Positions 9,065 to 18,723 of a DNA stretch of 64,000 nt are shown piece after piece; within the stretch, counting starts at the first letter, position 1, and each line of letters begins with the position of its first letter. Source of the stretch: Spirochaetia bacterium (GTDB lineage Bacteria; Spirochaetota; Spirochaetia; SZUA-6; Bin103); the NCBI GenBank assembly GCA_965208575.1, contig CBDBOV010000002.1, positions 608,001-672,000 of the forward strand, given 5' to 3'. A program made the position numbers and the translations under genes. The notes under the pieces were generated by a model. It did not search any database. It had not been told where the DNA came from and saw only the letters and a program-made list of their open reading frames with translations.

Positions 9065-11452
9065 GTGACTAAGCTGTGGTACAAGGCGCCGGCGAGAGAG
9101 TGGCTGGAGGGGTTGCCGATTGGCACGGGTAGGTTGGCGGCGATGGTGCTCGGCGCCTTCCGGCGGGAGCGCGTCGCCCTGAATCACGAGTGCCTGTGGA
9201 AGGGGGTGAATCGCCGCCGGGACAACGAGGTGAGCCGGGGCGCGCTGCCGGAAGTGCGGCGCCTGCTGCTGGCGGGCAACTACGTGGACGGGACGCGCGC
9301 CGCCCGGGACGCGTTCGGCGGCGGTGGCGGCGGCAGCGGGCGCCCGCAGCGGGTGGACCCGTACCAGCCCGCCGGCGACCTGCACCTGGAGCTGCTAACC
9401 CCCGGTCCCATTGCCGATTACCGCAGGGAGCTGGATCTGGATACGGCCAGTGCGACGGTGTCGTATCTGGCCGGGGGCCGCCGGTTCACCCGCCAGTACG
9501 TCGCGCACCTGGTCGAGGACCTGGTCCTGGTGCGGCTGACCCACGACGGCGAGCCGTTCGACTGCGTGGCGTGGCTCGACCGCACCCACGATCACGACTG
9601 CGAACTCACCTTCACCACCGAGGCGCCGGCCATGGATGGCGCCGGCACCGGTGCCGGCGGCGGCGCCGCCGGTGCGGGCGAGGCGGACGCGGCGGCGTGC
9701 CTGACCATGACCGGGGACATTCGCGGCGGCGTGGATTTCCGGGTGCGCGGTGAGGTGTGGTGCCGGGGCGGGCGGCGGCGCGTCGTCGATGGGCGCAAGC
9801 TGCTGTGCGAAGGGGTCACCGAGGCGCTGTTCGCGGTCGACATCGGCGTGTCGGCGTTCGGCAGGTCCGCCGCCGACGAGTGCGGGGCGCGGCGGCTGCG
9901 CCCCGCACTTGCATCGGATGCGGGCGCCTGGGACGACCTGCTGCGGACTCACGTCAGCGAGCACGAGCGCCACTTCGGCAGCATGCGGCTCGACCTGGCG
10001 CTGCCGGACACCGACGTGGCCGGCCTGCCCACCGACGAGCGCATCCGGCGCGTGCGGGAGGGGCAGCCGGACCCCGGCCTGGCGCTGCTGTACTTCCACT
10101 ACGGGCGCTACCTGCTGTGCGCCTCCTCGGCCACCGCCGCGCTGCCGGCCAACCTGCAGGGCAAGTGGAACGAGGACCTGCAGCCGCCCTGGGAGAGCGA
10201 TTACCACCACGACATCAACCTGCAGATGAACTACTGGATCGCCGAGCCGGCCGGCATGCAGCGCTACGTGGAGGCGCTGCTGCAGCACATCGAACGCTTC
10301 GTGCCGCACGCCCGCAAGGCGGCCATGGACCTGTACGGCTGCCGCGGCGTCTGGTACCCGATCCAGACCGACGCCTGGGGCCGCTCGACGCCGGAATCGT
10401 ACGGCTGGGCGGTGTGGATCGGGGCCGCCCCGTGGCTGGCGCAGCACGTGTGGTGGCACTGGGAGTACGGGCACGACGCCTGCTTCCTGCGCACCCGCGC
10501 CTACCCCTTCTTCAAGGAGGTGGCGGCGTTCTACGAGGACTACCTGGTCGAAGATGACGCCGGCGTGTTGCAGATCGTGCCGTCGCAGTCGCCCGAGAAC
10601 CGCTTCGTCGGCGACGGCGGCCCGCCGGTGAGCATCTGCGTGTCGGCGACCATGGACGTGATCCTGGCCCGCGCGGCCTTCGACTACGCGGTCCGCTCGG
10701 CCGAGATCCTGGACGTCGACCCCGAGTTGCGCCGCCGCTGGCGCGGCATGGCGGCGCGCCTGCCGGACCTGCGGATCGGCCGCCACGGCCAGTTGCAGGA
10801 GTGGAACGAGGACTTCGACGAGGTGGAGCCATCGCACCGGCACGTCTCCCACCTGGTCGGGCTGCACCCCGGCGACCTGCTGGACCCGGAGCGCACTCCC
10901 GAGCTGTGGCGGGCGGCCGAGGTGAGCCTGGAGCGGCGGCTGGCCGCCGGCGGCGGCCACACCGGCTGGAGCCGGGCGTGGACCGCCTGCCTGTTCGCCC
11001 GGCTGGGCCGCGGCGAGGACGCCTGGGAACACCTGAACCACCTGATCACCGACTTCGCCACCGACTCGCTGCTGGACCTGCACCCGCCGCGCATCTTCCA
11101 GATCGACGGCAACCTGGGCGGTGCCGCGGCGGTGATCGAAATGCTGCTGCACAGCTACCGCGGCGAGCTCCACCTGCTGCCGGCCCTGCCGGCGGCGTGG
11201 CCGGAGGGCCGCGTGTCCGGCCTGCGGGCGCGCGGCGGCGTTACCGTAGCGATGGCGTGGCGCAACGGCGAGCTGGTCGAGGCGACGCTGGAAGGCTGCG
11301 TCGCCGGCCCCTGCACCATCCTGCACGCCCCCGTACACTGGCAGGTCACCGACACCGCCGGCCGCGCCGTGCCCATCATCCGCACCGGCCACCGCATCAC
11401 CTTCCCCCTCTCCCCAGGCAAACCCTGCCGCCTGCGAACAGTCGACGGCTGA
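9065..11452 (+). CDS. Glycoside hydrolase family 95 (alpha-L-fucosidase-like)
   Basis: W.EGLPIG.GRLAAM, YGRYLL, ANLQG.WN, DYH.DINLQMNYW, SPEN, HRHVSHL, TGWS, FQIDGN. Confidence 0.92.
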   Translation: MTKLWYKAPAREWLEGLPIGTGRLAAMVLGAFRRERVALNHECLWKGVNRRRDNEVSRGALPEVRRLLLAGNYVDGTRAARDAFGGGGGGSGRPQRVDPYQPAGDLHLELLTPGPIADYRRELDLDTASATVSYLAGGRRFTRQYVAHLVEDLVLVRLTHDGEPFDCVAWLDRTHDHDCELTFTTEAPAMDGAGTGAGGGAAGAGEADAAACLTMTGDIRGGVDFRVRGEVWCRGGRRRVVDGRKLLCEGVTEALFAVDIGVSAFGRSAADECGARRLRPALASDAGAWDDLLRTHVSEHERHFGSMRLDLALPDTDVAGLPTDERIRRVREGQPDPGLALLYFHYGRYLLCASSATAALPANLQGKWNEDLQPPWESDYHHDINLQMNYWIAEPAGMQRYVEALLQHIERFVPHARKAAMDLYGCRGVWYPIQTDAWGRSTPESYGWAVWIGAAPWLAQHVWWHWEYGHDACFLRTRAYPFFKEVAAFYEDYLVEDDAGVLQIVPSQSPENRFVGDGGPPVSICVSATMDVILARAAFDYAVRSAEILDVDPELRRRWRGMAARLPDLRIGRHGQLQEWNEDFDEVEPSHRHVSHLVGLHPGDLLDPERTPELWRAAEVSLERRLAAGGGHTGWSRAWTACLFARLGRGEDAWEHLNHLITDFATDSLLDLHPPRIFQIDGNLGGAAAVIEMLLHSYRGELHLLPALPAAWPEGRVSGLRARGGVTVAMAWRNGELVEATLEGCVAGPCTILHAPVHWQVTDTAGRAVPIIRTGHRITFPLSPGKPCRLRTVDG

Positions 11453-11499
11453 GCGCTTTACCGATTTTCATCCATTCCGGTTTTCTGTAACATGGAGTT

Positions 11500-11742
11500 G
11501 TGAGAACGGTCATCAACGTGACGAAGCGGGGAGTCATGACGCTCCCGGTGAGGTTACGGAAACAACTCGGCCTGACCGGCGACAACCTGGTGATCGCTGA
11601 ATCGACCCAGGACGGCGTGTTGCTGCGCCCGGCCGTTGCGCTGCCAATCGAGATCTACTCGGACGAGCGTGTGCGCGAGTTCAACGAGTCGGAGGCGGAG
11701 CTCGCGGCTGAACTTGATACCGGGATCAAGCGGCGCGAGTGA
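11500..11742 (+). CDS. AbrB/MazE-type antitoxin (VapB-like)
   Basis: VTKRGVMTLP..LRKQLGL...GVLLRP swapped-hairpin pattern; directly precedes a PIN gene. Confidence 0.85.
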   Translation: MRTVINVTKRGVMTLPVRLRKQLGLTGDNLVIAESTQDGVLLRPAVALPIEIYSDERVREFNESEAELAAELDTGIKRRE

Positions 11743-12150
11743 GTGCGGATATTCCTGGATGCGAATGTGCTGTTCTCCGCGGCCCAGACAGACGGTGCCG
11801 TGCGAAAGCTGATAGATCGGCTACGCGCAGCGGACCATCAGTTGACCGCCGATTCGTACGTATGGGAGGAAGCGAGAAGGAACCTTGTCGCACGATACCC
11901 GTCAGCACTTCCCGCGTTCGATGCGCTGGCCGGACGAATCAACATCCTCCCGCACCGTGGCGGGGCCCAGGAGTTGAAGAGTCTGCCGGTCGGTGACAAG
12001 GACAAGCCGGTCCTGGCGGCGGCGATATCCCTCAACTGCCGGGTACTGATTACCGGCGACCGCACCCACTTCGGTCACCTGTTCGGGACAGCAGTGCGCG
12101 GCGTCACGATCCACAGCCCGGCGCTCGCTGCGCGCTCTCTGCTGAGTTGA
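11743..12150 (+). CDS. PIN-domain toxin (VapC-like)
   Basis: IFLDANVLFSA, EE, KD.PVLAAA, LITGD.THF. Confidence 0.88.
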   Translation: MRIFLDANVLFSAAQTDGAVRKLIDRLRAADHQLTADSYVWEEARRNLVARYPSALPAFDALAGRINILPHRGGAQELKSLPVGDKDKPVLAAAISLNCRVLITGDRTHFGHLFGTAVRGVTIHSPALAARSLLS

Positions 12151-12223
12151 TTGGCGCCGCACTCGTGCGAGCGTGCGAGCGATGCTCGTTGACACAGTGC
12201 TGCCGGGGAACGACTCTGGTGCG

Positions 12224-14326
12224 ATGACGCCGATACGGAAACGGATCACACCCGCGGCGGGCGGCCTTGTGCACACGTGCGGTCCCTGGCGGGCGAGCGC
12301 ATTCGCCGAGCCGCAGGTGGAGCTTCTTTCGATCGTGCCGTGGGGACGGGATGGGTTGCGGGTCCGGGTGACGGTGGGGCCGCGCATCCTCGACACCGCC
12401 TGGGCGCTGACCGAGCCGGTGGGCGACGGCAGCGCGGCCGAGGTAACGGTCGGCGACAGCGCGGCGACGGTGCGCAATGGCAGGATCTCGGCGCGGCTGA
12501 CCGGCGTGACACGCGGGCGGGCGACGGCCCGGCTGGAGTTCTTTCGCCATCCGGGCGGGGAGGGCGGCGGTGGCGAGGCCGAGGCGGTGCCGATTCTGGC
12601 GGAGCACGACTACGTGGTGGGCTGCCACGATCCCGGCACCCGCATCTTCCAGCCGCGCACGGGGTCCGGCGAGGAGGGGCTGTACTACACGGAGCATCAC
12701 TTCGCCGCGCGGGCGGGGGAACGGTTCTACGGCATGGGGCTCAACGCCACCGGCGGGCTCGACCTGAAGGGGTGCGTGATCGACCTGTATCAGCGCCACT
12801 GCAAGCACGTGGTGCCGTTCGTGGTGTCCAGCGAGGGCTACGGGCTGCTGTGGAACAACCCGTCGCTCGGGCGGGTGGAGTTCGGCGCCAACATGACCCG
12901 CTGGGTGTCGCGCGGCTGCCGTCAGCTCGACTACTACCTCACCGCCGGCGACAGCTACGGCGACATCATGGCCAACTACGCCGGCGTCACCGGGCGCGCG
13001 CCGATGCTGCCCGAATGGGCGGCCGGTTTCTGGATGTGCAAGCTGCGCTACCGGACCCAGGACGAGTTCCTGGCCGCGGCGCGCGAGTTCAGGCGCCGCG
13101 GCCTGCCGCTGTCGGTGCTGGTGATCGACTACCGCCACTGGCGCCACTGGGGCGACTGGAAGCTCGACCCGGAGTTCTGGCCCGACCCGGCGGCCATGGT
13201 GCGCGAGATCGACGACATGGGCGCCCGCATCATGATCTCGCCCTGGGTGATGATGGAGGAGAGCAGCGACAACTTCCCCGAGTTCCACCGCCAGGGGCTC
13301 TACGTGAAGGGGCCCGGCGGCGAGGAAGCGTGGTGGCCGGCCGAACCGCCGCCGGCGAAGCCGCGCCATCCCGCCGACCGGCCGCGCGGGCGCGCGCTGC
13401 AGTACGATCCCACCCACCCCGACGCCGGCCCGTTCCTGTGGCAGCGCTGGAAGCGCAACTACGTGGACCTGGGCATCAGGACGTTCTGGCTCGACCCGTG
13501 CGACGACCTCAGCCAGATCGCCGACTACGACAGGGTGCGCTACCACGCCGGCCCCGGCGTCGAGGCCAACTGCTTCTACCCGGTGGCGCACCAGAAGGTG
13601 GTGTTCGACGGCCTGCGCGCGGCCGGCGAAGCGGAGGTGGTGACCATCTGCCGCAGTTCCTGGGCCGGCTCGCAGCGCTACGGCGCCTCGCCGGCGGCGC
13701 ACGACATCGCCTCCTCGTTCGCCCACCTGCGCGAGTACCTGGCGGCGGGCCTGAACCTGGCGATGGCCGGGATTCCCTGGGGCGCCGCCGAGATCGGCGG
13801 CTTCGTGACGCCGGCGGTGCAGGACGACGAGTTCCGCGAGCTGGTGGTGCGCTGGTACCAGTACGGGGTGTTCACGCCGATCTTCCGCACCCACGGCCAC
13901 CGCGACAACAACGAGCCGTGGACCTTCGGCGGCGACACCTACCCGCACATCCGCGCCGCCATCATGCTGCGCGAGCGGCTGCGCCCCTACGTGCTCGCCC
14001 AGATGAAGGCGGCGTCAGAGCGCGGCATCCCACCGATGCGCCCGCTGTTCTTCGACTTCCCGGACGACGAGCGCGCCGCGGCCGTGGAAGACCAGTTCCT
14101 GTTCGGGCCCGACCTGCTGGTGGCGCCGATCACCGAGCACCGGGCCCGGGAGCGCCGCGTCTACCTCCCGGCGGGCACCGAGTGGACCGACGCCTGGAAC
14201 GGCGACCGCGTACATGCCGGCGGCGCGGCCATCGACGCCCCCGCCCCGATCGAGCGCATCCCGGTCTTCATCCGCGGCCGCAACAGCGCCCTGGCCGCGC
14301 TCTTCCCGGGCTTGTACGAGAAATAG
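12224..14326 (+). CDS. Glycoside hydrolase family 31 (alpha-xylosidase/glucosidase-like)
   Basis: GYGLLWNNP, GFWMCKLRY, VIDY.HW, FWLD, EIGGF, RWYQYG.F.PIFRTHG, PPMRPLFFDFP, DQFLFGPDLLVAP. Confidence 0.92.
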   Translation: MTPIRKRITPAAGGLVHTCGPWRASAFAEPQVELLSIVPWGRDGLRVRVTVGPRILDTAWALTEPVGDGSAAEVTVGDSAATVRNGRISARLTGVTRGRATARLEFFRHPGGEGGGGEAEAVPILAEHDYVVGCHDPGTRIFQPRTGSGEEGLYYTEHHFAARAGERFYGMGLNATGGLDLKGCVIDLYQRHCKHVVPFVVSSEGYGLLWNNPSLGRVEFGANMTRWVSRGCRQLDYYLTAGDSYGDIMANYAGVTGRAPMLPEWAAGFWMCKLRYRTQDEFLAAAREFRRRGLPLSVLVIDYRHWRHWGDWKLDPEFWPDPAAMVREIDDMGARIMISPWVMMEESSDNFPEFHRQGLYVKGPGGEEAWWPAEPPPAKPRHPADRPRGRALQYDPTHPDAGPFLWQRWKRNYVDLGIRTFWLDPCDDLSQIADYDRVRYHAGPGVEANCFYPVAHQKVVFDGLRAAGEAEVVTICRSSWAGSQRYGASPAAHDIASSFAHLREYLAAGLNLAMAGIPWGAAEIGGFVTPAVQDDEFRELVVRWYQYGVFTPIFRTHGHRDNNEPWTFGGDTYPHIRAAIMLRERLRPYVLAQMKAASERGIPPMRPLFFDFPDDERAAAVEDQFLFGPDLLVAPITEHRARERRVYLPAGTEWTDAWNGDRVHAGGAAIDAPAPIERIPVFIRGRNSALAALFPGLYEK

Positions 14327-14349
14327 CTGCCGGGAGAAAGACTGGCGGA

Positions 14350-14368
14350 TTGCAACTTGAAGTTGCAA
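14350..14368. promoter_or_regulatory. Perfect palindrome TTGCAACTT-G-AAGTTGCAA, possible operator
   Basis: 9-bp arms around 1 nt, AT-rich, just upstream of the DUF4143 remnant. Confidence 0.5.
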
Positions 14369-14399
14369 CTTGCCACTCAGGATGTCCGATGCTATGCTA

Positions 14400-14900
14400 C
14401 ACACCACCGCAAGCGCCTGGATCTCCGTGCTGCAGGCGCTGTTCGTGGTGCACCTGCTGCCGCCGCATCACCGCAACTTTGCCAAGCGGGTGATCAAGAG
14501 CCCCAAGCTCTACTTTCTGGATACCGGCCTCCTGTGCAACCTGCTGCGCATACGCGAGCCTTCCCAGATCGCGTCGCATGCCAATCGCGGCGCGATATTC
14601 GAGACGTTCGTGGTGGCCGAGTACTTCAAGGAGTTCACCCACCGCGGCATCCGCTCGCCGTTATACTTCTGGCGCGACCGCACCGGTCACGAGGTGGATT
14701 TGCTGATCGACGACGGTACGCGCCTGCTGCCGGTGGAGATGAAGGCAGGCCTCACGCTCTGTGGCGGGTTGTAAGACGGCCTGGACTGGTTCTGTGCCCG
14801 CGGAGTTCCCGCGTCGCGCCACGGCGTGCTGGTGTACGGCGGCGACGAGTGGGGCCTGCGCCGCGGTCACCTCACGCGGCCGTGGCACGCATGTATCTGA
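14400..14900 (+). pseudogene. AAA+ ATPase/DUF4143 protein, C-terminal remnant with internal stop
   Basis: KSPKLYFLDTGL, GAIFE.FV, YFWRD..G.EVDLL, PVEMK; no N-terminal ATPase; in-frame TAA at 14772-14774 followed by a homologous GVLVYGG tail. Confidence 0.8.
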
Positions 14901-14907
14901 GCCGGAT

Positions 14908-15243
14908 TCAGACGTAGCCGCCACGTCTCTCCTCGGCGTCTCGCAGACCTCGCGCGATGCTCGTGTTCACCGGCTGGTTGGCGCGGATCTCCTGCATCTC
15001 GGATTCGTCGACATGCTTTGTTTGCTGGTTCATCCGTTCCCGGAGTGCGGCGTTGATCAGCGACTGGTAGCCGACCTTCCGGCTTCCCGCGAGCTTGCGA
15101 AAATACAGCACTACGTCATCGTCCAGGCGGATTGTGATCGACTTCTTCTTCGGCGTATAGAAGCGTCCGCGCACCGCCTCCTTCCCGGAGAAGTCGTACT
15201 CGTCCGGGAGTTCGTAGTCGTCCCAATCAGATCGATTCTTCAT
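14908..15243 (-). CDS. BrnA-family antitoxin
   Basis: EYDFS....RGRFY, KKSITIRLDDDVVLYF, GYQSLINAALR. Confidence 0.85.
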   Translation of the reverse strand: MKNRSDWDDYELPDEYDFSGKEAVRGRFYTPKKKSITIRLDDDVVLYFRKLAGSRKVGYQSLINAALRERMNQQTKHVDESEMQEIRANQPVNTSIARGLRDAEERRGGYV

Positions 15244-15325
15244 ATCGTCGCTTCTCCTTCGGGGTAGCCAGTCGGACACTGATCAATCGTACGACTGCTT
15301 CGCCGTTCTCGTCGAAGAATACCCG
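15227..15325 (-). pseudogene. BrnT toxin C-terminal remnant
   Basis: VRLISVRLATPKEKRRYE matches the BrnT RIISAR.AT..E...Y tail; overlaps the brnA start; 5' part missing. Confidence 0.7.
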
Positions 15326-16135
15326 CTACCAGCCGAACGTGGGCAGCTTGGGGACGGCGGCGTAGAGGCTGCGAGTGTAGTCGTGGCGCGGGTTGGTGGC
15401 CAGCTCGCGGGCGGCGGCCTCTTCCACCAGCCGCCCGCCCTGCATCACGCCGACGCGGTCGCAGAAGTAGGTGACCACGGCCAGGTCGTGGGAGATGAAC
15501 AGCAGGGTCAGGCCCAGTTCGCGGCGCAGGCGCTGCAGCAGGTCGAGGATCTGGCTGCGGATCGACACGTCCAGGGCGGACACGATCTCGTCGCAGATGA
15601 TGGTCTCCGGCTGCGCGACCAGGGCGCGGGCGATGGCGACGCGCTGGCGCTGGCCGCCGGAGAAGTCGGGCGGGCGGCGGCTCAGGTGGCGCGCGGCCAG
15701 TCCTACCGCCTCCAGGGCGGCCAGGGCGCGGGCGCGCCCGTCGTCGGCGCCGCGCCAGCTCGCGGTGTAGCGCAGGCCGGCGAGCAGGATCGACTCCACC
15801 CGCATGCGCGGGTTGAGCGAGCGCGCCGGGTCCTGGAACACGTACGCCAGCCGGGTGCGCAGGTCGCGGCGCGCGCGGGCGTTCGAGCGGCCCACCTCAT
15901 GCACGTCGCCGGCGCGGTCGCGGTAGGTGATCGTGCCGCCGTCGGGCCGGTACATGCCCACCGCCAGGCGCGCGGTGGTGGTCTTGCCGCTGCCCGACTC
16001 GCCGACCAGGCCGTAGGTCTCGCCCGCCTCGACGCGCAGGCTCACCTCGCGCACCGCGTACACGTGGCGGCGGGCGGCGGCGAAGTAGCCCGCCTTCAGC
16101 GCGAACCGCTTGCTGACCGCGTCCAGGGTCAGCAT
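15326..16135 (-). CDS. Opp/Dpp ABC importer ATP-binding subunit (OppF-like)
   Basis: GESGSGKTT, FSGGQRQR, ICDE, FISHD. Confidence 0.9.
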   Translation of the reverse strand: MLTLDAVSKRFALKAGYFAAARRHVYAVREVSLRVEAGETYGLVGESGSGKTTTARLAVGMYRPDGGTITYRDRAGDVHEVGRSNARARRDLRTRLAYVFQDPARSLNPRMRVESILLAGLRYTASWRGADDGRARALAALEAVGLAARHLSRRPPDFSGGQRQRVAIARALVAQPETIICDEIVSALDVSIRSQILDLLQRLRRELGLTLLFISHDLAVVTYFCDRVGVMQGGRLVEEAAARELATNPRHDYTRSLYAAVPKLPTFGW

Positions 16136-16334
16136 CGTGCTGCCTCCCGCGCCGCGCCGGCAGCGGGTCGCGGTTCGGCCGCGGTGCACAGGCCGCGATG
16201 ACGCGCGGCGCCGCAGGGACGGAGGTGGACCGGCGCGGCGCCGGCGCAGCGAGCCGCCCCGGAGGCCGCCACGGCCCCGGCGGCCGTGCGGACGTCTACC
16301 GTCAGAGCCGACTGCGTACTCGCGGCATTGGTAG

Positions 16335-17555
16335 TCAGCATGGGACACCCTCGGCCGGCGCGGCGGCCACGGCGCTCGCCTTCGCGCCCGGTAGCACGCA
16401 GCGGTGATGGATGGTGCCGCCCGTCCGCGGTGCGGCAACGGCTGCCGGCGCGGCACGATTGCCGCGGTCGGTATCGCTGCCAAGGCCCGGAACGGCGTCT
16501 GCCGCCGCGCGATCCATGCGGGCGGCATGTGTGTCCACCGGTTCGGAGACCAGCGGCGGTATGGCGCGGGTACAACGCGCTTCCGCTACCGCGCAGCGGG
16601 GGGCGAACGGGCAGCCGGGTTCCGGGTGCAGGGGGTCGGGCACGTTGCCGGGAATGGCGTGCAGCGGCTGCTCGCTGTAGTGCACGCCGAGCGGCAGGTG
16701 GGAGTCGAGCAGGGCGCGCGTGTAGGGGTGGCGCGGCGCGTGCAGGACGGCGGCGGCGGGGCCCTGCTCCATCACCAGTCCGCCGTACATCACCACCAGG
16801 CGGTCGGCGATCTGGCCGACCAGGGCCAAGTCGTGGCTGATGAACAGGATCGCCAGCCGGCGCGCCGCGCGCAGGCGCAGCAGCAGCTCCACCACCTGCG
16901 CCTGCACCGTGACGTCCAGCGCCGTGGTGGGCTCGTCGGCGACCAGCACCTCCGGGTCGGCGGCCAGGGCGTGGGCGATCATCACCCGCTGCAGCATGCC
17001 GCCGGAGAACTGGTGCGGGAAGCTGCCCAGGCGGCGCTCCGCCTCGGCGATGCCCACCTCTTCGAGCAGCGCCACCGAGCGCGCGTGCAGCCCGGCGGCG
17101 TCGAGCTCGGGGCGATGCGTATGCAGGGTCTCGGCCAGGGAATGCTCGATCGAGTAGATCGGATCGAACGAACGCGCCGGTTCCTGGAAGATCATCCCCA
17201 CGCGGCCGCCGCGCAGCCGTTGCAGCGCCGCCGGCCGCATGGTCATGACATCCTCACCGCGGAACAGCAGCCGCGGGGCGTTCACCCGGGCATGCGCCGG
17301 CAGCAGCCGCAGCAGCGCCTGCGCGGTTACGCTCTTGCCCGACCCGCTCTCTCCCACCAGCCCCACCACCGTACCGGGGTGGATCTCCAGGTCGACGCCG
17401 CGCACCGCGTGCAGCGGCCCGCGCTCGGTGGCGAACGTCACGGCAAGGCCGGTCACCCGGTACAGCGGTGCGGCGTGCGGGTCGGCCGCGGCGCCGCCCG
17501 TCGGGGCCGGCGCCGCCACTGCCTGGCGCCGCGGCGTTGCCTTGCGCTCAGCCAC
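16335..17555 (-). CDS. Opp/Dpp ABC importer ATP-binding subunit (OppD-like)
   Basis: GESGSGKS, FPHQFSGGMLQR, ADEPTTALD, HPYT, GCPFAPRC. Confidence 0.92.
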   Translation of the reverse strand: MAERKATPRRQAVAAPAPTGGAAADPHAAPLYRVTGLAVTFATERGPLHAVRGVDLEIHPGTVVGLVGESGSGKSVTAQALLRLLPAHARVNAPRLLFRGEDVMTMRPAALQRLRGGRVGMIFQEPARSFDPIYSIEHSLAETLHTHRPELDAAGLHARSVALLEEVGIAEAERRLGSFPHQFSGGMLQRVMIAHALAADPEVLVADEPTTALDVTVQAQVVELLLRLRAARRLAILFISHDLALVGQIADRLVVMYGGLVMEQGPAAAVLHAPRHPYTRALLDSHLPLGVHYSEQPLHAIPGNVPDPLHPEPGCPFAPRCAVAEARCTRAIPPLVSEPVDTHAARMDRAAADAVPGLGSDTDRGNRAAPAAVAAPRTGGTIHHRCVLPGAKASAVAAAPAEGVPC

Positions 17556-18723
17556 GCGCGCGCTCCTGGTGGTAGGGGTCGAACAGGTCGCGCAGCAGGT
17601 CGCCGAGGAAGTTGAACGCCAGGGTCACCAGCACCAGCGGCACCGCGGGATAGAGGAACCAGGGAAAGCTGCGCAGGTTGCTCAGTTGGGTGACGTTGCG
17701 GTTCAGCATCGAACCCCAGCTCACCGCCGGATCGGTAATGCCCAGGCCCAGGTAGGAGAGCGCCGTCTCGCCCAGGATGAAGCCGGGGATGCCGAGGGCG
17801 ACGCTGACGATCAGGATCGAGGCCATCTGCGGAATGATCTGGGTGAAGATGATCGCCAGCGGCGGGATGCCCTGCAGCCGGGCGGCCGCGATGAAGTCCT
17901 CGGTCTTGATGCTGTGCACCATGCCGCGGATCAGGCGCGCGGTGCCCGGCCATCCGACCAGCGACAGGATGATCGTTATCACCATGAACGACTGGCCGGG
18001 GTCCCACTCGTAGGACAGGATGGAGCGCAGGAACAGGATCAGGTACAGGCCCGGAATGACGATCAGGAGCTCGGCGGCGCGCATGATGGTCCAGTCGACC
18101 GCGCCGCCGTAGTAGCCCGCCAGCCCGCCGAGCAGGATCGCCAGCGTGAGCGAAATGGCAATGCCGATCGGGCCGATGGTCAAGGAGATGCGCGCGCCGT
18201 ACAGGATGCGCGAGAAGATGTCGCGGCCCAGGTGGTCCGACCCCAGCAGGAACACCGGATACGCCTGCCCGTTGCCCTGCCAGGGGTCGGCCCCGGCCGG
18301 CGCGCGCACGGTGGCCCCCTCATCGTCCACGTACGGCGCCGTGGTCCCGAACAGGTGCACGCGCATCGGCACCAGTCCCCACAGCCGGTACTCCGGTCCC
18401 TGCACGAACAGCCGCACCCGGTAGTGCTCGCCGCGGATACGCGCGTAGCGCCGGCTCACGTCGTCCACCAGCACGCGATGCTGCACCTGCGGCCCCAACC
18501 CCAGTTCGCGCGAGTAGAAGCCCAGGGTGGTCGGCTGGTGCGTGTGGAAGCGGAACGTGGTGGTGGGTTCGTAGGGCGCCAGGAACTCCGCAAAGAGCAT
18601 CGCCGTGTACAGCAGCGCCAGCACCAGCACCGATGCGGCCGCCACCGGCCGCGCGCGTAACCGCCGCCACAACACCGCGCCGCGTCGGACGTGGACCGGC
18701 GCATCGGACACCGCCTCAGCCAT
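17548..18723 (-). CDS. Opp/Dpp ABC permease (OppC-like)
   Basis: LGSD.LGRDIFSRILYGARISL, EAA-like loop, ETALSYLGLG. Confidence 0.92.
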   Translation of the reverse strand: MAEAVSDAPVHVRRGAVLWRRLRARPVAAASVLVLALLYTAMLFAEFLAPYEPTTTFRFHTHQPTTLGFYSRELGLGPQVQHRVLVDDVSRRYARIRGEHYRVRLFVQGPEYRLWGLVPMRVHLFGTTAPYVDDEGATVRAPAGADPWQGNGQAYPVFLLGSDHLGRDIFSRILYGARISLTIGPIGIAISLTLAILLGGLAGYYGGAVDWTIMRAAELLIVIPGLYLILFLRSILSYEWDPGQSFMVITIILSLVGWPGTARLIRGMVHSIKTEDFIAAARLQGIPPLAIIFTQIIPQMASILIVSVALGIPGFILGETALSYLGLGITDPAVSWGSMLNRNVTQLSNLRSFPWFLYPAVPLVLVTLAFNFLGDLLRDLFDPYHQERARG

